A program made the position numbers and the translations under genes. A stretch of 64,000 nucleotides of DNA, taken from Candidatus Wirthbacteria bacterium (GTDB lineage: Bacteria > Patescibacteriota > CG2-30-54-11). The notes under the pieces are model-generated. The model did not search any database. It was not told the DNA's origin and was given only the letters and a program-made list of their open reading frames with translations. The stretch is taken from positions 40,766 through 104,765 of the forward strand of contig CAISZI010000008.1 in the NCBI GenBank assembly GCA_903889905.1, read 5' to 3'. Positions 1 through 9,207 of this stretch are shown here, in pieces (the stretch's first letter is position 1; each line of letters opens with the position of its first letter).

Positions 1-1726
1 CGACCACCGTTTTGAGCGCTTTCCCTTTGGTGTGGCCAATGCCTTCGCGCAGGGATTGTTCATGGGTTTTGTCCAGCAGTACCAGCACGTCGGCAACGGC
101 GGCAAGCTGTGCACCCACTTCGCGATGCAGACGAGCTGCATCATCCCCCAACTCCATCATGCCTTTGGTCACGACAACTTTACGGCCTTTTTTGTACTGT
201 TCCAGGTATTTAAGCGCTGCCAGGAATCCTGCCGGGTTGGTGGAATAACTGTCATCCACCACTTTGGTTCCGCTCACGCCACTGCGCAACACAATCGCTC
301 CGGCCACCGCGGTGATCTTGCCGGCAGCCGCGCCGATTTCCGGCAAACTCATGCCCATGCACAGTGCGCCACAAACAGCAGCCAGAAAATTGCTCACATA
401 TTGCGCCCCGATCACGGCTAGGTGCACGTGAATTTTTTCCGTCTTGTCCGTGCGGTTGTCGACCAGGTCAAATTCCACATGTTCGGTGCCTTCCTGAATA
501 TTCATGGCCAATACATCGGCACGGTGACCCGACACCTGATAGCGCCCTTTGGTGGAATAAAACATTTTTTTGCCATTGAACTTTTTGGCCATGGCGCGAC
601 AGTAATCGTTATCGGCGTTGAATACTGCCATGCCACCTTCGGGCAAAGCTTCGACAATTTCGTATTTGGCGGCAAGCGTACGCTCAATCGAACCAAACAA
701 GTCCAGATGCTGTTCATTGACCGCTGTCACGATCGCTACATGGGGTCGGGCGATTTGCGTCATTTCCTTGATTTCACTACCGGTATAGGCGCCCATTTCT
801 GCCACCAAAATTTGCGCCTTGGTATCAAAATCCTGACCAAGGATAAAGCTGGCCAGACCAATGGCTGTATTGTGATTTTTGGGTGAACGCATGACATTGA
901 ATTTGGCCACGAGCAAATCGGCGAGCATTTCCTTGGTGCTGCTTTTGCCGTAACTGCCGGTAATGCCTACCACCTGCAAATCAGCCATAGCGCGCAGTTT
1001 GGCATGCGCGGCCACCGCCTTGGCCTGGCGTTGCATCCGCGTCAGTGGCGCCAGCATCAAGACAGCCAGCGAGAGCAACGGGGAGAGCAGCAAGCTCAGT
1101 ATCGTCGCCCCAAAAACGAAGCCAATATGATAGCCAAAAAAAATGAGCAGGACATAGGCGAGTTGATACGGTGTTGCCAAAGCATAGCGCAATGAATGGC
1201 TCAAAGCGTGGTTAAAAATCAGATTGCCTGGATAAAACAGCACTGCCGGCGCGACCCCATAAAGCACCAACACCAGCACGACCAGGATCAGGATCAGTGC
1301 TTTCAAGGTTGGTTTGGGCAGGCGCACTCCTTCCTGGGAAACTTCGCGTGAATGCTGATAAATTTCCATGCCCCACCAGCCCACCATGGCCAGACTCAGC
1401 AGCGCCGCTGCCAGATAAAAATACTGGAACACCGCCGCAGTCAGGGCGGCATTGCCCATGGACGCCACTCCATAAAAAAGCACAAAACCACCGGTGAGCA
1501 AAAGCAGATAAACTTTCCGTATGAGCGGCGACAGCCCGCACCAAAGCCGCTTGCCGCTGTCAGTACGGCGATGAGCCTGCATACGATCGCGGCGGTATTC
1601 CTTGACCTGCCACCAGTAGACTATTTTGAACCCACGCAGCAATGTGCTGATGGCCCAAAAAAAGGGCATAATAATGGCCAGGACGAGTAATCCAGTACTG
1701 ATTTGACTGCTGATGTCACTGTTCAT
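1..1726 (-). CDS. murF: Mur ligase family protein, MurF-like (UDP-MurNAc-tripeptide--D-Ala-D-Ala ligase) ATP-binding and C-terminal domains, fused in-frame to an N-terminal polytopic membrane region. Partial: the 3' end runs off the window start.
   Basis: Minus-strand translation from the ATG at 988 gives MADLQVVGITGSYGKSSTKEM (P-loop), then ...VDDSYSTNPAGFLAALKYL (MurF DDSYNANP-type motif), open to position 1. Hand translation shows the same frame stays open upstream to an ATG at 1726 (stop at 1760-1762). That upstream segment is hydrophobic and helix-rich (GWWGMEIYQH..., LILILVVLVLVLYGV...). Absent from the ORF track because there is no stop inside the window. Confidence 0.6.
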   Translation of the reverse strand, partial: MNSDISSQISTGLLVLAIIMPFFWAISTLLRGFKIVYWWQVKEYRRDRMQAHRRTDSGKRLWCGLSPLIRKVYLLLLTGGFVLFYGVASMGNAALTAAVFQYFYLAAALLSLAMVGWWGMEIYQHSREVSQEGVRLPKPTLKALILILVVLVLVLYGVAPAVLFYPGNLIFNHALSHSLRYALATPYQLAYVLLIFFGYHIGFVFGATILSLLLSPLLSLAVLMLAPLTRMQRQAKAVAAHAKLRAMADLQVVGITGSYGKSSTKEMLADLLVAKFNVMRSPKNHNTAIGLASFILGQDFDTKAQILVAEMGAYTGSEIKEMTQIARPHVAIVTAVNEQHLDLFGSIERTLAAKYEIVEALPEGGMAVFNADNDYCRAMAKKFNGKKMFYSTKGRYQVSGHRADVLAMNIQEGTEHVEFDLVDNRTDKTEKIHVHLAVIGAQYVSNFLAAVCGALCMGMSLPEIGAAAGKITAVAGAIVLRSGVSGTKVVDDSYSTNPAGFLAALKYLEQYKKGRKVVVTKGMMELGDDAARLHREVGAQLAAVADVLVLLDKTHEQSLREGIGHTKGKALKTVV

Positions 1727-1737
1727 GCTAGCTTCCG

Positions 1738-2517
1738 TTAAAGTTTGAGCATCGACTGACTAAGTGGCTGCTCTCGGCATTGTGTCACCGCATCGACAAT
1801 TGTTTGCGGGTGGGTGAGATGCACACCATGCCGCGCACCTCTTTGGATCACAAGTTGCTTGGGGCCGGTAAGCAGTTCAAATATGCGTTTTCCATCACGA
1901 AGTGGCGTCATTGTATCCTGTTCGCCCCACACCAACAAGCACGGCGCCTGGATCTGTCCCACTAGCGTGGAGAGATCCTCTTCCACCACCTTGGCCATAA
2001 TCGCGCGCATCACTCCCGACGTTTGCTCATAATCGTGTGCTCGCGCCAATTGGTAAAGCAATCGACGGCCACGTGACTGCGGGTTATCGCCGATAAGCTG
2101 TTTACCAATGGCAGACAGATGTTTAAATAGCATTTTTTTGGTACGTGTCAGCACGTCATGATGCACAATGCCAGCCGCGGAGCACAAGATCAAACGGTCA
2201 ATCGCCGCCGGCTCCTTCGCCCCCAGGTAAATGCCGATCCTGCCTCCAAACGAATGCCCCAGCACCCAAAACGGTTGGTCCCAGTACTGCCGCCCCAATG
2301 CAAGCACCCATTTGGCATACTCTGCCACGCCCCAAACCTCATCCGGCGCTGGCGTCATTCCAAAACCCGGCAAATCTGGCGCCATCACGTCAAACCCATT
2401 GTCCGCCAGCGCCTTGATCACCGGCAGCCAGCGGGAAGCTTCACTACCCCAACCATGCAATAGCAGGAGCGGGATACCTTTGCCCTGACGGATCACGTGC
2501 GTCTGCTTCAATGCCAA
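1738..2517 (-). CDS. alpha/beta-fold hydrolase
   Basis: 259 aa with a GHSFGG nucleophile-elbow (GXSXG) and an HGWGSEASRW N-terminal motif typical of the alpha/beta hydrolase fold. Confidence 0.75.
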   Translation of the reverse strand: MALKQTHVIRQGKGIPLLLLHGWGSEASRWLPVIKALADNGFDVMAPDLPGFGMTPAPDEVWGVAEYAKWVLALGRQYWDQPFWVLGHSFGGRIGIYLGAKEPAAIDRLILCSAAGIVHHDVLTRTKKMLFKHLSAIGKQLIGDNPQSRGRRLLYQLARAHDYEQTSGVMRAIMAKVVEEDLSTLVGQIQAPCLLVWGEQDTMTPLRDGKRIFELLTGPKQLVIQRGARHGVHLTHPQTIVDAVTQCREQPLSQSMLKL

Positions 2518-2519
2518 AG

Positions 2520-3650
2520 TTACTTCACCTTCACTAGTAGGCTGTGTTTACTACCGGCTTTCGTTTGTCGCGCTTCGATATATATCCGCACCGATGTCAA
2601 AAACAGCATCGCGATCAGTGGCCCATAGATAAACCCGAGAAAACCAAACAGTTCAATCCCGCCCAAGACACTGATCAGGGTCAAAATCGGCGGCAGTTTG
2701 CCTTCGTCTGCTTCCAGGTATTTGGCGCGGATCAGATTGTCGACAGTACTGATCACCAGATGGCCAAATACGCCCAACACAACAGCCTTAAACCAATGCC
2801 CCTGCAGCGCCAGAATAATGGTAGCAGGCCACCAGATCAATCCGGAACCCATCGGAATCAGGGAGGCAATCATCATCATCACGCCCCAAAACACTGGCGC
2901 CGAAATGCCCAGCGCCCAAAACATCACGCCGCCCAGCGTGCCCTGAAACAACGCAATCACAAACGTTCCTTTGACCAGCGACCGGGTAGTCGATTCGAGC
3001 CGCTCCAAAAAAACCTTGTCGTGTTCGTCATACAGCGGGCTCATGGCTGTCACTTTGGCCAGGATGCGATCTTTGTCCTGGAACATATACATGAGGACAA
3101 AAAAGAAAATCACCACATTGGTCAAAAACTGTGCCGTATTCTGGACAAACGACAGCACCGATGAACTAAAAAAATCACCAACACGGCCAGTTATGGTGCG
3201 CAAAGCATTGATGACTTCGCTCTGTTGAAATACATCAGAAATTTTGTAATGCCCGGGAAATCGATCCAGGACACTCTGTCCTGTGGCAATTATCTGATCA
3301 AACCGAATATCTCCCCGCGCAATCGAATGGTTGAGCTGCAGCGCGTACGTCACCGCCTGGTTAGCCGAAATCGCAATAATCACGCCAAGCGGAATCAGAA
3401 TACAGAAAAAAACCGTAATCGTTGCCAGCAGCGATGCCCAGGAACGTTTACCGCCTGTCATTTTGAGCAGCGACAGATACAACGGATCAAACAGTAGCGC
3501 CACAATCAGCGCAAGTAGCAGCATGGTCAGGTATGGCCGCAGCACCAGGTACAGAAAAAAACCAAAGGCAGCCAGTACGGCCAGCACGGTCCACTGATAA
3601 TTGTTACTTTTCGCTTTTAAAAACATATTGCTTTCTTGGATCATCACCAA
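2520..3650 (-). CDS. AI-2E family transporter (PerM/UPF0118-like permease)
   Basis: 376 aa with about 8 hydrophobic helices. Overall layout and the conserved C-terminal ...GLIWWP...LFGFLGFIYGPL region match the AI-2E/UPF0118 family. Confidence 0.75.
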   Translation of the reverse strand: MVMIQESNMFLKAKSNNYQWTVLAVLAAFGFFLYLVLRPYLTMLLLALIVALLFDPLYLSLLKMTGGKRSWASLLATITVFFCILIPLGVIIAISANQAVTYALQLNHSIARGDIRFDQIIATGQSVLDRFPGHYKISDVFQQSEVINALRTITGRVGDFFSSSVLSFVQNTAQFLTNVVIFFFVLMYMFQDKDRILAKVTAMSPLYDEHDKVFLERLESTTRSLVKGTFVIALFQGTLGGVMFWALGISAPVFWGVMMMIASLIPMGSGLIWWPATIILALQGHWFKAVVLGVFGHLVISTVDNLIRAKYLEADEGKLPPILTLISVLGGIELFGFLGFIYGPLIAMLFLTSVRIYIEARQTKAGSKHSLLVKVK

Positions 3651-3750
3651 ACAACGGCATTATAACAAAGTTGACCCAATAAGCGGTAGGGTCGTCGCCA
3701 TTCTTCAAATCTTCCCCTCCCACCTGGGGGAGGGCAGGGAGAGCGGTTGC

Positions 3751-4710
3751 CTAATTTGCATTCCCTAACTCGCCCACCAACTTTTCCAGCGCCCTGAAAT
3801 TCTGAACTTTTGCGTTCATCTGCGGCTCGGGCACCAGCCAGGTATCGGTTGCCCTAAAAACAGCCAGCAACGACTTCATTTGTTCCCGATCCGGCAAGAC
3901 GCCACTGGCAAAATCCTGCTCCGTGACGCCCTGGTGCGAATCCACCCCGTTGAATGGCGGCAGATTGGTAGTCACGTGGATCAATCCAACCGCATCTCGC
4001 AGTTGCAGTGCGGTGTCCAGTACGTAGGTAAACAAAAACTGACGATCCTCTGATATCTGCTGGGCGATCGTATGCCCAATGTCCAGACAGATCGGATACC
4101 CAGCCTTGGCCAGTTCAAAATATTTGGCCGTCTCCATGCCTTCGGCCTGCATCGGCACGACGTTACTGCGACCCTCGTAATCAAAATCGCTGGGCAAAAA
4201 ACGTGGCACTGTTTCAATGAACGGCACAACATTCCGCTCCAGAGCAAACTGCCGAATCCGCGGCATGAACCGCATCAACTGCGCAAAGCCCGCGTCCCGA
4301 TCAATCGGTTTTTCCTGGTCCAGTGTCCGGATGATGTGTTTATCCAAATCCAGTAAACTGACCCGATAAGACTCGGGATGAAAGTTCACATAATGCGCCT
4401 GCCAATGGCCGGCCAGCTCCAACGTGCGACACAGCGAAGTAAACGTTTTCTCGGCCAACCCATCGCGAGCGGACAAAAAGCTGGGAAAATATTTGCCCTC
4501 AATCGCATCCCAGTAGTGCAAACCAAAGGGAATGTGCTGTTGGGTCAAATAGTTAATCAGCCGGTCGTACCTGTCAGCCCAATCCAACCTGAACCAGATT
4601 TCGACACACTCCGGCGTAATCTGCTCAAACGTTGACTCCCAATCGGTCGGGCCGACTTTGACGCCAATTTTCACGCTGGGCCTGCTTTCCGCGCCAAAAT
4701 ATAAATCCAC
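3751..4710 (-). CDS. hypothetical protein, possibly a TIM-barrel sugar-phosphate isomerase/epimerase-like (xylose isomerase-like fold)
   Basis: 319 aa ORF with an LDIGHT motif resembling the metal-binding DxGH of the AP-endonuclease-2 / xylose-isomerase-like TIM-barrel family. Weak assignment. Confidence 0.4.
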   Translation of the reverse strand: MDLYFGAESRPSVKIGVKVGPTDWESTFEQITPECVEIWFRLDWADRYDRLINYLTQQHIPFGLHYWDAIEGKYFPSFLSARDGLAEKTFTSLCRTLELAGHWQAHYVNFHPESYRVSLLDLDKHIIRTLDQEKPIDRDAGFAQLMRFMPRIRQFALERNVVPFIETVPRFLPSDFDYEGRSNVVPMQAEGMETAKYFELAKAGYPICLDIGHTIAQQISEDRQFLFTYVLDTALQLRDAVGLIHVTTNLPPFNGVDSHQGVTEQDFASGVLPDREQMKSLLAVFRATDTWLVPEPQMNAKVQNFRALEKLVGELGNAN

Positions 4711-5324
4711 GCTACTTCTGGACGCCCTTTGGGATTGCGGTCAATTTCCCGGTATTGCTCGCATTGGGTTATTTCAAAACCACTTTTATCCAAATAATTG
4801 GCCAGCTCAGCTTGCGTATAATACCTAAAAAAACGGTCGTGTTGGGCCAGTTTGTCGTTGACGACGGCTGTGTCATAATCTCCTGTTTGAGCCTTTACCA
4901 GCAAATGCAGTATCCCTCCTTGTTTCAAGACTCGCGCAAATTCCGCAATGGCTTTCACCGCATCTGCTTTGGTTTCAAGGTGCACCAGCGAGGCATGTGC
5001 CCAAATACCATCAAACGAGTCATTTGCCAACGGTAATTGTAAAAAACTACCCTGAATGTATGTCGGCCCAGGATAATGCTGCTGTGCTTGGTCTAAGAGT
5101 CCCTGCGAAAGATCCAAACCAGTCACTTTAAAACCTGCCCGATGCAAAAAACCACTATCCCTCCCACCACCACATCCCGCATCCAATACAGCTCCATTGA
5201 TTGCCACCGCTTGTCGAAAATCCTCCAGCTGCCCAAGATTGACATGGTCATCAATCGTTTGGGCATACTTTGCTGCATTCTGGTCATACCAGGCAATGGT
5301 TGCTTTCAGTCCCATACTAGCCAT
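4671..5324 (-). CDS. class I SAM-dependent methyltransferase (paralog 2 of a tandem pair)
   Basis: Contains ILDAGCGGGRDS (SAM-binding motif I). The ORF-track start at 5441 is probably too far upstream. The internal MASMGLKATIAWYDQNAAKY lines up with paralog 1's MTTMGLKETIEWYDQNAAAY, giving an ATG at 5324 that overlaps the upstream stop as ATGGCTAG. Confidence 0.75.
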   Translation of the reverse strand: MASMGLKATIAWYDQNAAKYAQTIDDHVNLGQLEDFRQAVAINGAVLDAGCGGGRDSGFLHRAGFKVTGLDLSQGLLDQAQQHYPGPTYIQGSFLQLPLANDSFDGIWAHASLVHLETKADAVKAIAEFARVLKQGGILHLLVKAQTGDYDTAVVNDKLAQHDRFFRYYTQAELANYLDKSGFEITQCEQYREIDRNPKGRPEVAWIYILARKAGPA

Positions 5325-5988
5325 TGGAGTTTTTTCCTTGTTGCTCGATCTTTCGCCCCAAAATATAAATCCACGCCACCTCGCTGCGGCCATTGGAATT
5401 GCGGTCGATTTCACTGTACTGGCTGGCTTTATCGATTTCAAAACCGGCGTCAGTCAAATATCCCACCAGTTCCTTTTGCGCATAATACCGAAAAAAGCGT
5501 TCATGATTGCTGAATTTATCGCTCACCACAGCCGTGTCATTTACTCCCACTTTGGCATGAACCACGACATGCAAAATTCCACGGGGTTTCAGAATCCGTT
5601 CAAATTCGGCGATAGCCTGAATCGTGTCATCAACTGTATCCATATGCACCAGCGACGCATGCGCCCAGATACCGTCCATGCTGTCGTCGGCCAGTTGCGT
5701 TGCCGTAAAGTCGCCCTGCACAAAGTTGATCGCGGGATAAGCCCTTTTGGCATAGCCAATCAAACCTGAAGACAAATCGATGCCAGTGATATCAAACCCT
5801 TCCTGGTGAAACAAGTTGCTGTCTCTACCGCCAGCCGACCCGGCATCCAGAATTTTGGCACCCGGTGCCAGCTGCTTTTTGAAATCAAGCAACTGATCAT
5901 ACGAAAACTTGTCGCGGATCAATGTCGCGTAAGCGGCGGCATTCTGGTCATACCATTCGATGGTTTCCTTGAGCCCCATGGTTGTCAT
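5317..5988 (-). CDS. class I SAM-dependent methyltransferase (paralog 1)
   Basis: 223 aa with ILDAGSAGGRDS motif I, about 60% identical to the downstream paralog. Confidence 0.8.
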   Translation of the reverse strand: MTTMGLKETIEWYDQNAAAYATLIRDKFSYDQLLDFKKQLAPGAKILDAGSAGGRDSNLFHQEGFDITGIDLSSGLIGYAKRAYPAINFVQGDFTATQLADDSMDGIWAHASLVHMDTVDDTIQAIAEFERILKPRGILHVVVHAKVGVNDTAVVSDKFSNHERFFRYYAQKELVGYLTDAGFEIDKASQYSEIDRNSNGRSEVAWIYILGRKIEQQGKNSNG

Positions 5989-6072
5989 AGCCTGTATATC
6001 CCAACCTAGATAATTGACAAAAATATTAATACGTTCGTGCTAAAAACCATTTGAGTCTGCCGAGTCTAAAAT

Positions 6073-6591
6073 TCACGTGATGCTTTCGGGCAATGATTTT
6101 ATCCTGGCAAAACCGACGCTTGCATAATACTTCACCCCCGGCGTCAAGCCAAATGCTGCTGCTTCCAGTTCCTCTTCACCAAACCAGCGCAGGGCTTCGT
6201 GTTCATCCGTCAGCGTCACGGCATTGGATCGGCTTTGGACAAAATAGATCAGATTCAAGTGCCGGTGCGTGCCCTCGACATTGGTAAAATGGATATCCAT
6301 AAAAGCTGGAGGGTACAGTGCTTTGACCTTGACCGGGTCGCCGATGACACCAGAGGCTGGTTTGCTGGACAGAATGCTGATATCCCTTGCCAACAATCCA
6401 GATTCTTCTTCGATCTCCCTTAGCAGTGCCTGATCAGAATCTTCGTCCAACTCAATGTGCCCGCCCACTGCCAACCACTTACCGCCGTATTTTTTGTGCT
6501 TGACCAGCAGGACCTTGTCCCCATGGTAAATATAGGCGGCAATAGTAAAATCAATCAAATCATGGATATGCGGCATATTGCCCCCTAGCAA
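6073..6591 (-). CDS. NUDIX hydrolase
   Basis: Nudix box GGHIELDEDSDQALLREIEEESGL (GX5EX7REUXEEXGU). Confidence 0.85.
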   Translation of the reverse strand: MLGGNMPHIHDLIDFTIAAYIYHGDKVLLVKHKKYGGKWLAVGGHIELDEDSDQALLREIEEESGLLARDISILSSKPASGVIGDPVKVKALYPPAFMDIHFTNVEGTHRHLNLIYFVQSRSNAVTLTDEHEALRWFGEEELEAAAFGLTPGVKYYASVGFARIKSLPESIT

Positions 6592-6647
6592 TCATTTCTA
6601 ATCAATCTTTTATCAACACAGGACAATGCAATCTGGCACATTATTTT

Positions 6648-7124
6648 TTACTCTTTGATATTCGAAATCAATCCATCCGTTAGTTCCGCCAGCTGCGCCG
6701 GCGACAATCCAAATACGGCGTTGGGCATCCCTGCTGCAGCAAAAATCCGTTCAAACTGCATCAGGTCTTCATCAATCAAGATCGTCGCCGGTTCGCTGTG
6801 CCCGATCGGCGGTACACCGCCAATGGCGAAGCCTGTGTTTTCCTTCACGAAATCCGCATTCGCCCGTTTGACCTTCTCTCCAACCATCGCACTGACTTTG
6901 TCTATCGACACACGATTAATACCAGAGGTGATGACAATGACCAAACGGTTGGTTGCAACTGTGGCCAAGGCTATCGATTTGGCAATTTCAGCCACCTGGC
7001 ACCCAATCGCATCTGCTGCCTCCTGCGCTGTGTGAGTGGATTCGGGAAAAGTCACGACCTTGAGGTCTAATCCTTTGGCGAATAGCAGGTCCTGGATTTT
7101 TTGGGCGCTAGGGGGAAGCGGCAT
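6648..7124 (-). CDS. ybaK: YbaK/ProX-family aminoacyl-tRNA deacylase (Cys-tRNA(Pro)/Ala-tRNA(Pro) editing domain)
   Basis: 158 aa, about the size and spacing of stand-alone YbaK/EbsC proteins, with ...SGINRVSIDKV..., ...GFAIGGVPPIGH... and ...ILIDEDLMQFERIFAAAG. Confidence 0.75.
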   Translation of the reverse strand: MPLPPSAQKIQDLLFAKGLDLKVVTFPESTHTAQEAADAIGCQVAEIAKSIALATVATNRLVIVITSGINRVSIDKVSAMVGEKVKRANADFVKENTGFAIGGVPPIGHSEPATILIDEDLMQFERIFAAAGMPNAVFGLSPAQLAELTDGLISNIKE

Positions 7125-7127
7125 CCG

Positions 7128-7769
7128 TTATTTCCCTTGTTTATTGATAATTTCCAGAATCAACCTCATCTCGTCCACCACCCAATCCGGTTGGAATTCC
7201 CGTACATGATGCCCGTTTGGCCCAAAGGTGACGCCAATTGTTTTCATTCCCGCATTTTGGCCACCTCGGATATCTGCCTCACTATCACCAACCATCACCG
7301 CATTTGGAGGTTCAACCCCGAGCTTGCTGAGGGCCAGCAACAAAGCTTCAGGATGTGGTTTTTGTTGTTGTACGTCCGCTTCCCCAACCACCACATCGAG
7401 CAGCTTATCTAGACCCGATTGTTCCAAAACGCAATGCAAAGTCTTGGGTCCACGCGTCGTGACCAGACCCGTCTTGAACCCCGTTTCCCGCAGACTCTTC
7501 AAAATCGATAGCGAAGCAGGGAACAATTTGATCAATTGCACATTCTCCAGCTGAAACTGAGTGTGCGCGTCCCGCAGCTCTTCATAGTTAAGCCCCGGCG
7601 CCAATACCTGATAACAATCCCGCAGCGGTATCCCGATTAATTTCTTCATGGTCGCATGGTCAACACTGGCCACACCATTAAGTTTCAAAACATGGTCAAA
7701 AGCCTGCAGAATATACTCCGTCGTATCCGCCAGGGTCCCATCGAGATCAAACAGAACAGCTTTGAACAT
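7128..7769 (-). CDS. HAD-superfamily hydrolase (phosphoglycolate phosphatase-like)
   Basis: MFKAVLFDLDGTLADT (HAD motif I DxDGT), and GDSEADIRGGQNAGMKTIGVTFG (motifs III/IV). Confidence 0.85.
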   Translation of the reverse strand: MFKAVLFDLDGTLADTTEYILQAFDHVLKLNGVASVDHATMKKLIGIPLRDCYQVLAPGLNYEELRDAHTQFQLENVQLIKLFPASLSILKSLRETGFKTGLVTTRGPKTLHCVLEQSGLDKLLDVVVGEADVQQQKPHPEALLLALSKLGVEPPNAVMVGDSEADIRGGQNAGMKTIGVTFGPNGHHVREFQPDWVVDEMRLILEIINKQGK

Positions 7770-7807
7770 TGAATTCCCAAATTAAGCTAAAAATCGATAG
7801 CAAAAAA

Positions 7808-8296
7808 TTATGGCAGCACTTTCCATTCGTCCCAACTGATTTCCCTGCCCGGGTATGCCACTTTCGTAAATGGCCACTCTTCGGCCATCCAATGTTTGAC
7901 CGCTTGATAGAGGACTTCGTCCAAACCGTCATTATAAGCACTTTTTCTCACCCACAGGTATACCTCAACCTCAAATCCGTCCTTGACCGAAGGAAACAGG
8001 TAAACACAACCCAGACACTGGCTCTCATCCTGCGTCATCACCGTATAGGCAAAGGACGACCGCAGCTGAAATTCCTTGTGATGCCAGCCCAGATCGATTT
8101 GATCCTGCTCAAAGGATAAATCTCGAGGTGGCCACTCAATTCGCGACCCGAAAACTCCCTGCAAATGATCAATGCTGGTGATCACAGCCTCATAATCTTT
8201 GGCCACGTCCGTAATTTTCAACATCCGCAATTTGAATTGCACTGTCTCCAGCGTTGGTGGCACATCAAAATTCGGAGGGACAAAGGGCTTGACCAT
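7808..8296 (-). CDS. hypothetical protein
   Basis: 162 aa ORF in an operon-like same-strand context. No confident family match by eye (possibly acyltransferase-like). Confidence 0.45.
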   Translation of the reverse strand: MVKPFVPPNFDVPPTLETVQFKLRMLKITDVAKDYEAVITSIDHLQGVFGSRIEWPPRDLSFEQDQIDLGWHHKEFQLRSSFAYTVMTQDESQCLGCVYLFPSVKDGFEVEVYLWVRKSAYNDGLDEVLYQAVKHWMAEEWPFTKVAYPGREISWDEWKVLP

Positions 8297-8310
8297 GATC
8301 GCCTCTTTAT

Positions 8311-8886
8311 TTAAAATTTCCCCGACCTCTGCATGATAGCGGGAATCAGCTTCGCCGTAAAACCCATGCTCAGCAAATTATTCAATCCATGCAGCCCCAT
8401 CGTCGGCAGCAGCGACCGGGTCCTGAGCCTGATCCAGCCAAATACCGGTCCCACAATCAGCATAGTGTAAAACACTTGATAAAGCATCGTCGGTGGCGAA
8501 TAAACCATGGCATTTTTCAAATGATACAGCCCAAACAAAATCGAGGACAAAACAATCTTCTTGCGGTCGCTCCCTTTGATCTGCTCCATTATCCACCCTC
8601 GAAACAGCATTTCCTCCATGATCGGCGTCAATACTAGTCCCGCAAATGACTCCACCAAGCCAATGCGTGGATTGACCCAAACCAGCAACACTGCCATGAC
8701 CATCAATGCGACAAAAGTCAGGACAAAGTGTCGCTTCTCCACTTTTATTCCTGCCCGCCAAAGCAGTCCGATGATCACCAACTTCCAGACGATTGAAAAC
8801 AGTACCAGTTGAGAAAATCCCAACACCAGACTGGCGACAAAATACGATACAATCACCCCAATTAAGACACCAAGGTTTTTTTCCAT
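8311..8886 (-). CDS. CPBP-family intramembrane glutamic endopeptidase (CAAX protease / Abi family)
   Basis: Membrane protein carrying the three CPBP motifs: EEMLFRGW (EExxxR), LFGLYHL (FxxxH) and GLHGLNN (HxxxN). Confidence 0.85.
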   Translation of the reverse strand: MEKNLGVLIGVIVSYFVASLVLGFSQLVLFSIVWKLVIIGLLWRAGIKVEKRHFVLTFVALMVMAVLLVWVNPRIGLVESFAGLVLTPIMEEMLFRGWIMEQIKGSDRKKIVLSSILFGLYHLKNAMVYSPPTMLYQVFYTMLIVGPVFGWIRLRTRSLLPTMGLHGLNNLLSMGFTAKLIPAIMQRSGKF

Positions 8887-9059
8887 CGTTTCAGTTTGTT
8901 AAAGCAATAACAAAAAATCCTCTGTCCCCCGCACTCGCGAGAAACAGAGGATGGCTCCCCGGGTTGGGCTTCCCCCTTCGCCAATAGGCTTCGGGGGACC
9001 ATGCTTCTCGCCCAGTTACAAAACATCCTTCGTAACCCAAGTATTTGAGTGACGAAGGA

Positions 9060-9134
9060 TGGCTCCCCGGGTTGGGCTCGAACCAACAACCTTGCGGTTA
9101 ACAGCCGCTTGCTCTACCATTGAGCTACCGAGGA
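9060..9134 (-). tRNA. tRNA-Asn (anticodon GTT), CCA encoded
   Basis: The reverse complement, TCCTCGGTAGCTCAATGGTAGAGCAAGCGGCTGTTAACCGCAAGGTTGTTGGTTCGAGCCCAACCCGGGGAGCCA, folds as a cloverleaf. It has a 7-bp acceptor stem, TTCGAGC T-loop and CTGTTAA anticodon loop. Confidence 0.85.
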
Positions 9135-9207
9135 ACGCGAGGAGTATAATAACAAAAAGTGTCATTCTAAACAATACCGGGTCAATAAAGCCGATATTGG
9201 CATCAAT

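Noticed and set aside
1212-1544. ORF-track minus-strand ORF 1212..1544 (110 aa, MVRAVAAHTESLS...).
   Set aside because: It is in a different frame from the continuous membrane-domain/MurF reading frame verified by hand translation, and its composition is low-complexity Gly/Ala/Arg.
8378-8761. ORF 8378..8761 (127 aa) overlapping the CPBP protease gene in another frame.
   Set aside because: It overlaps entirely with a gene that has clear CPBP motifs. No independent support.
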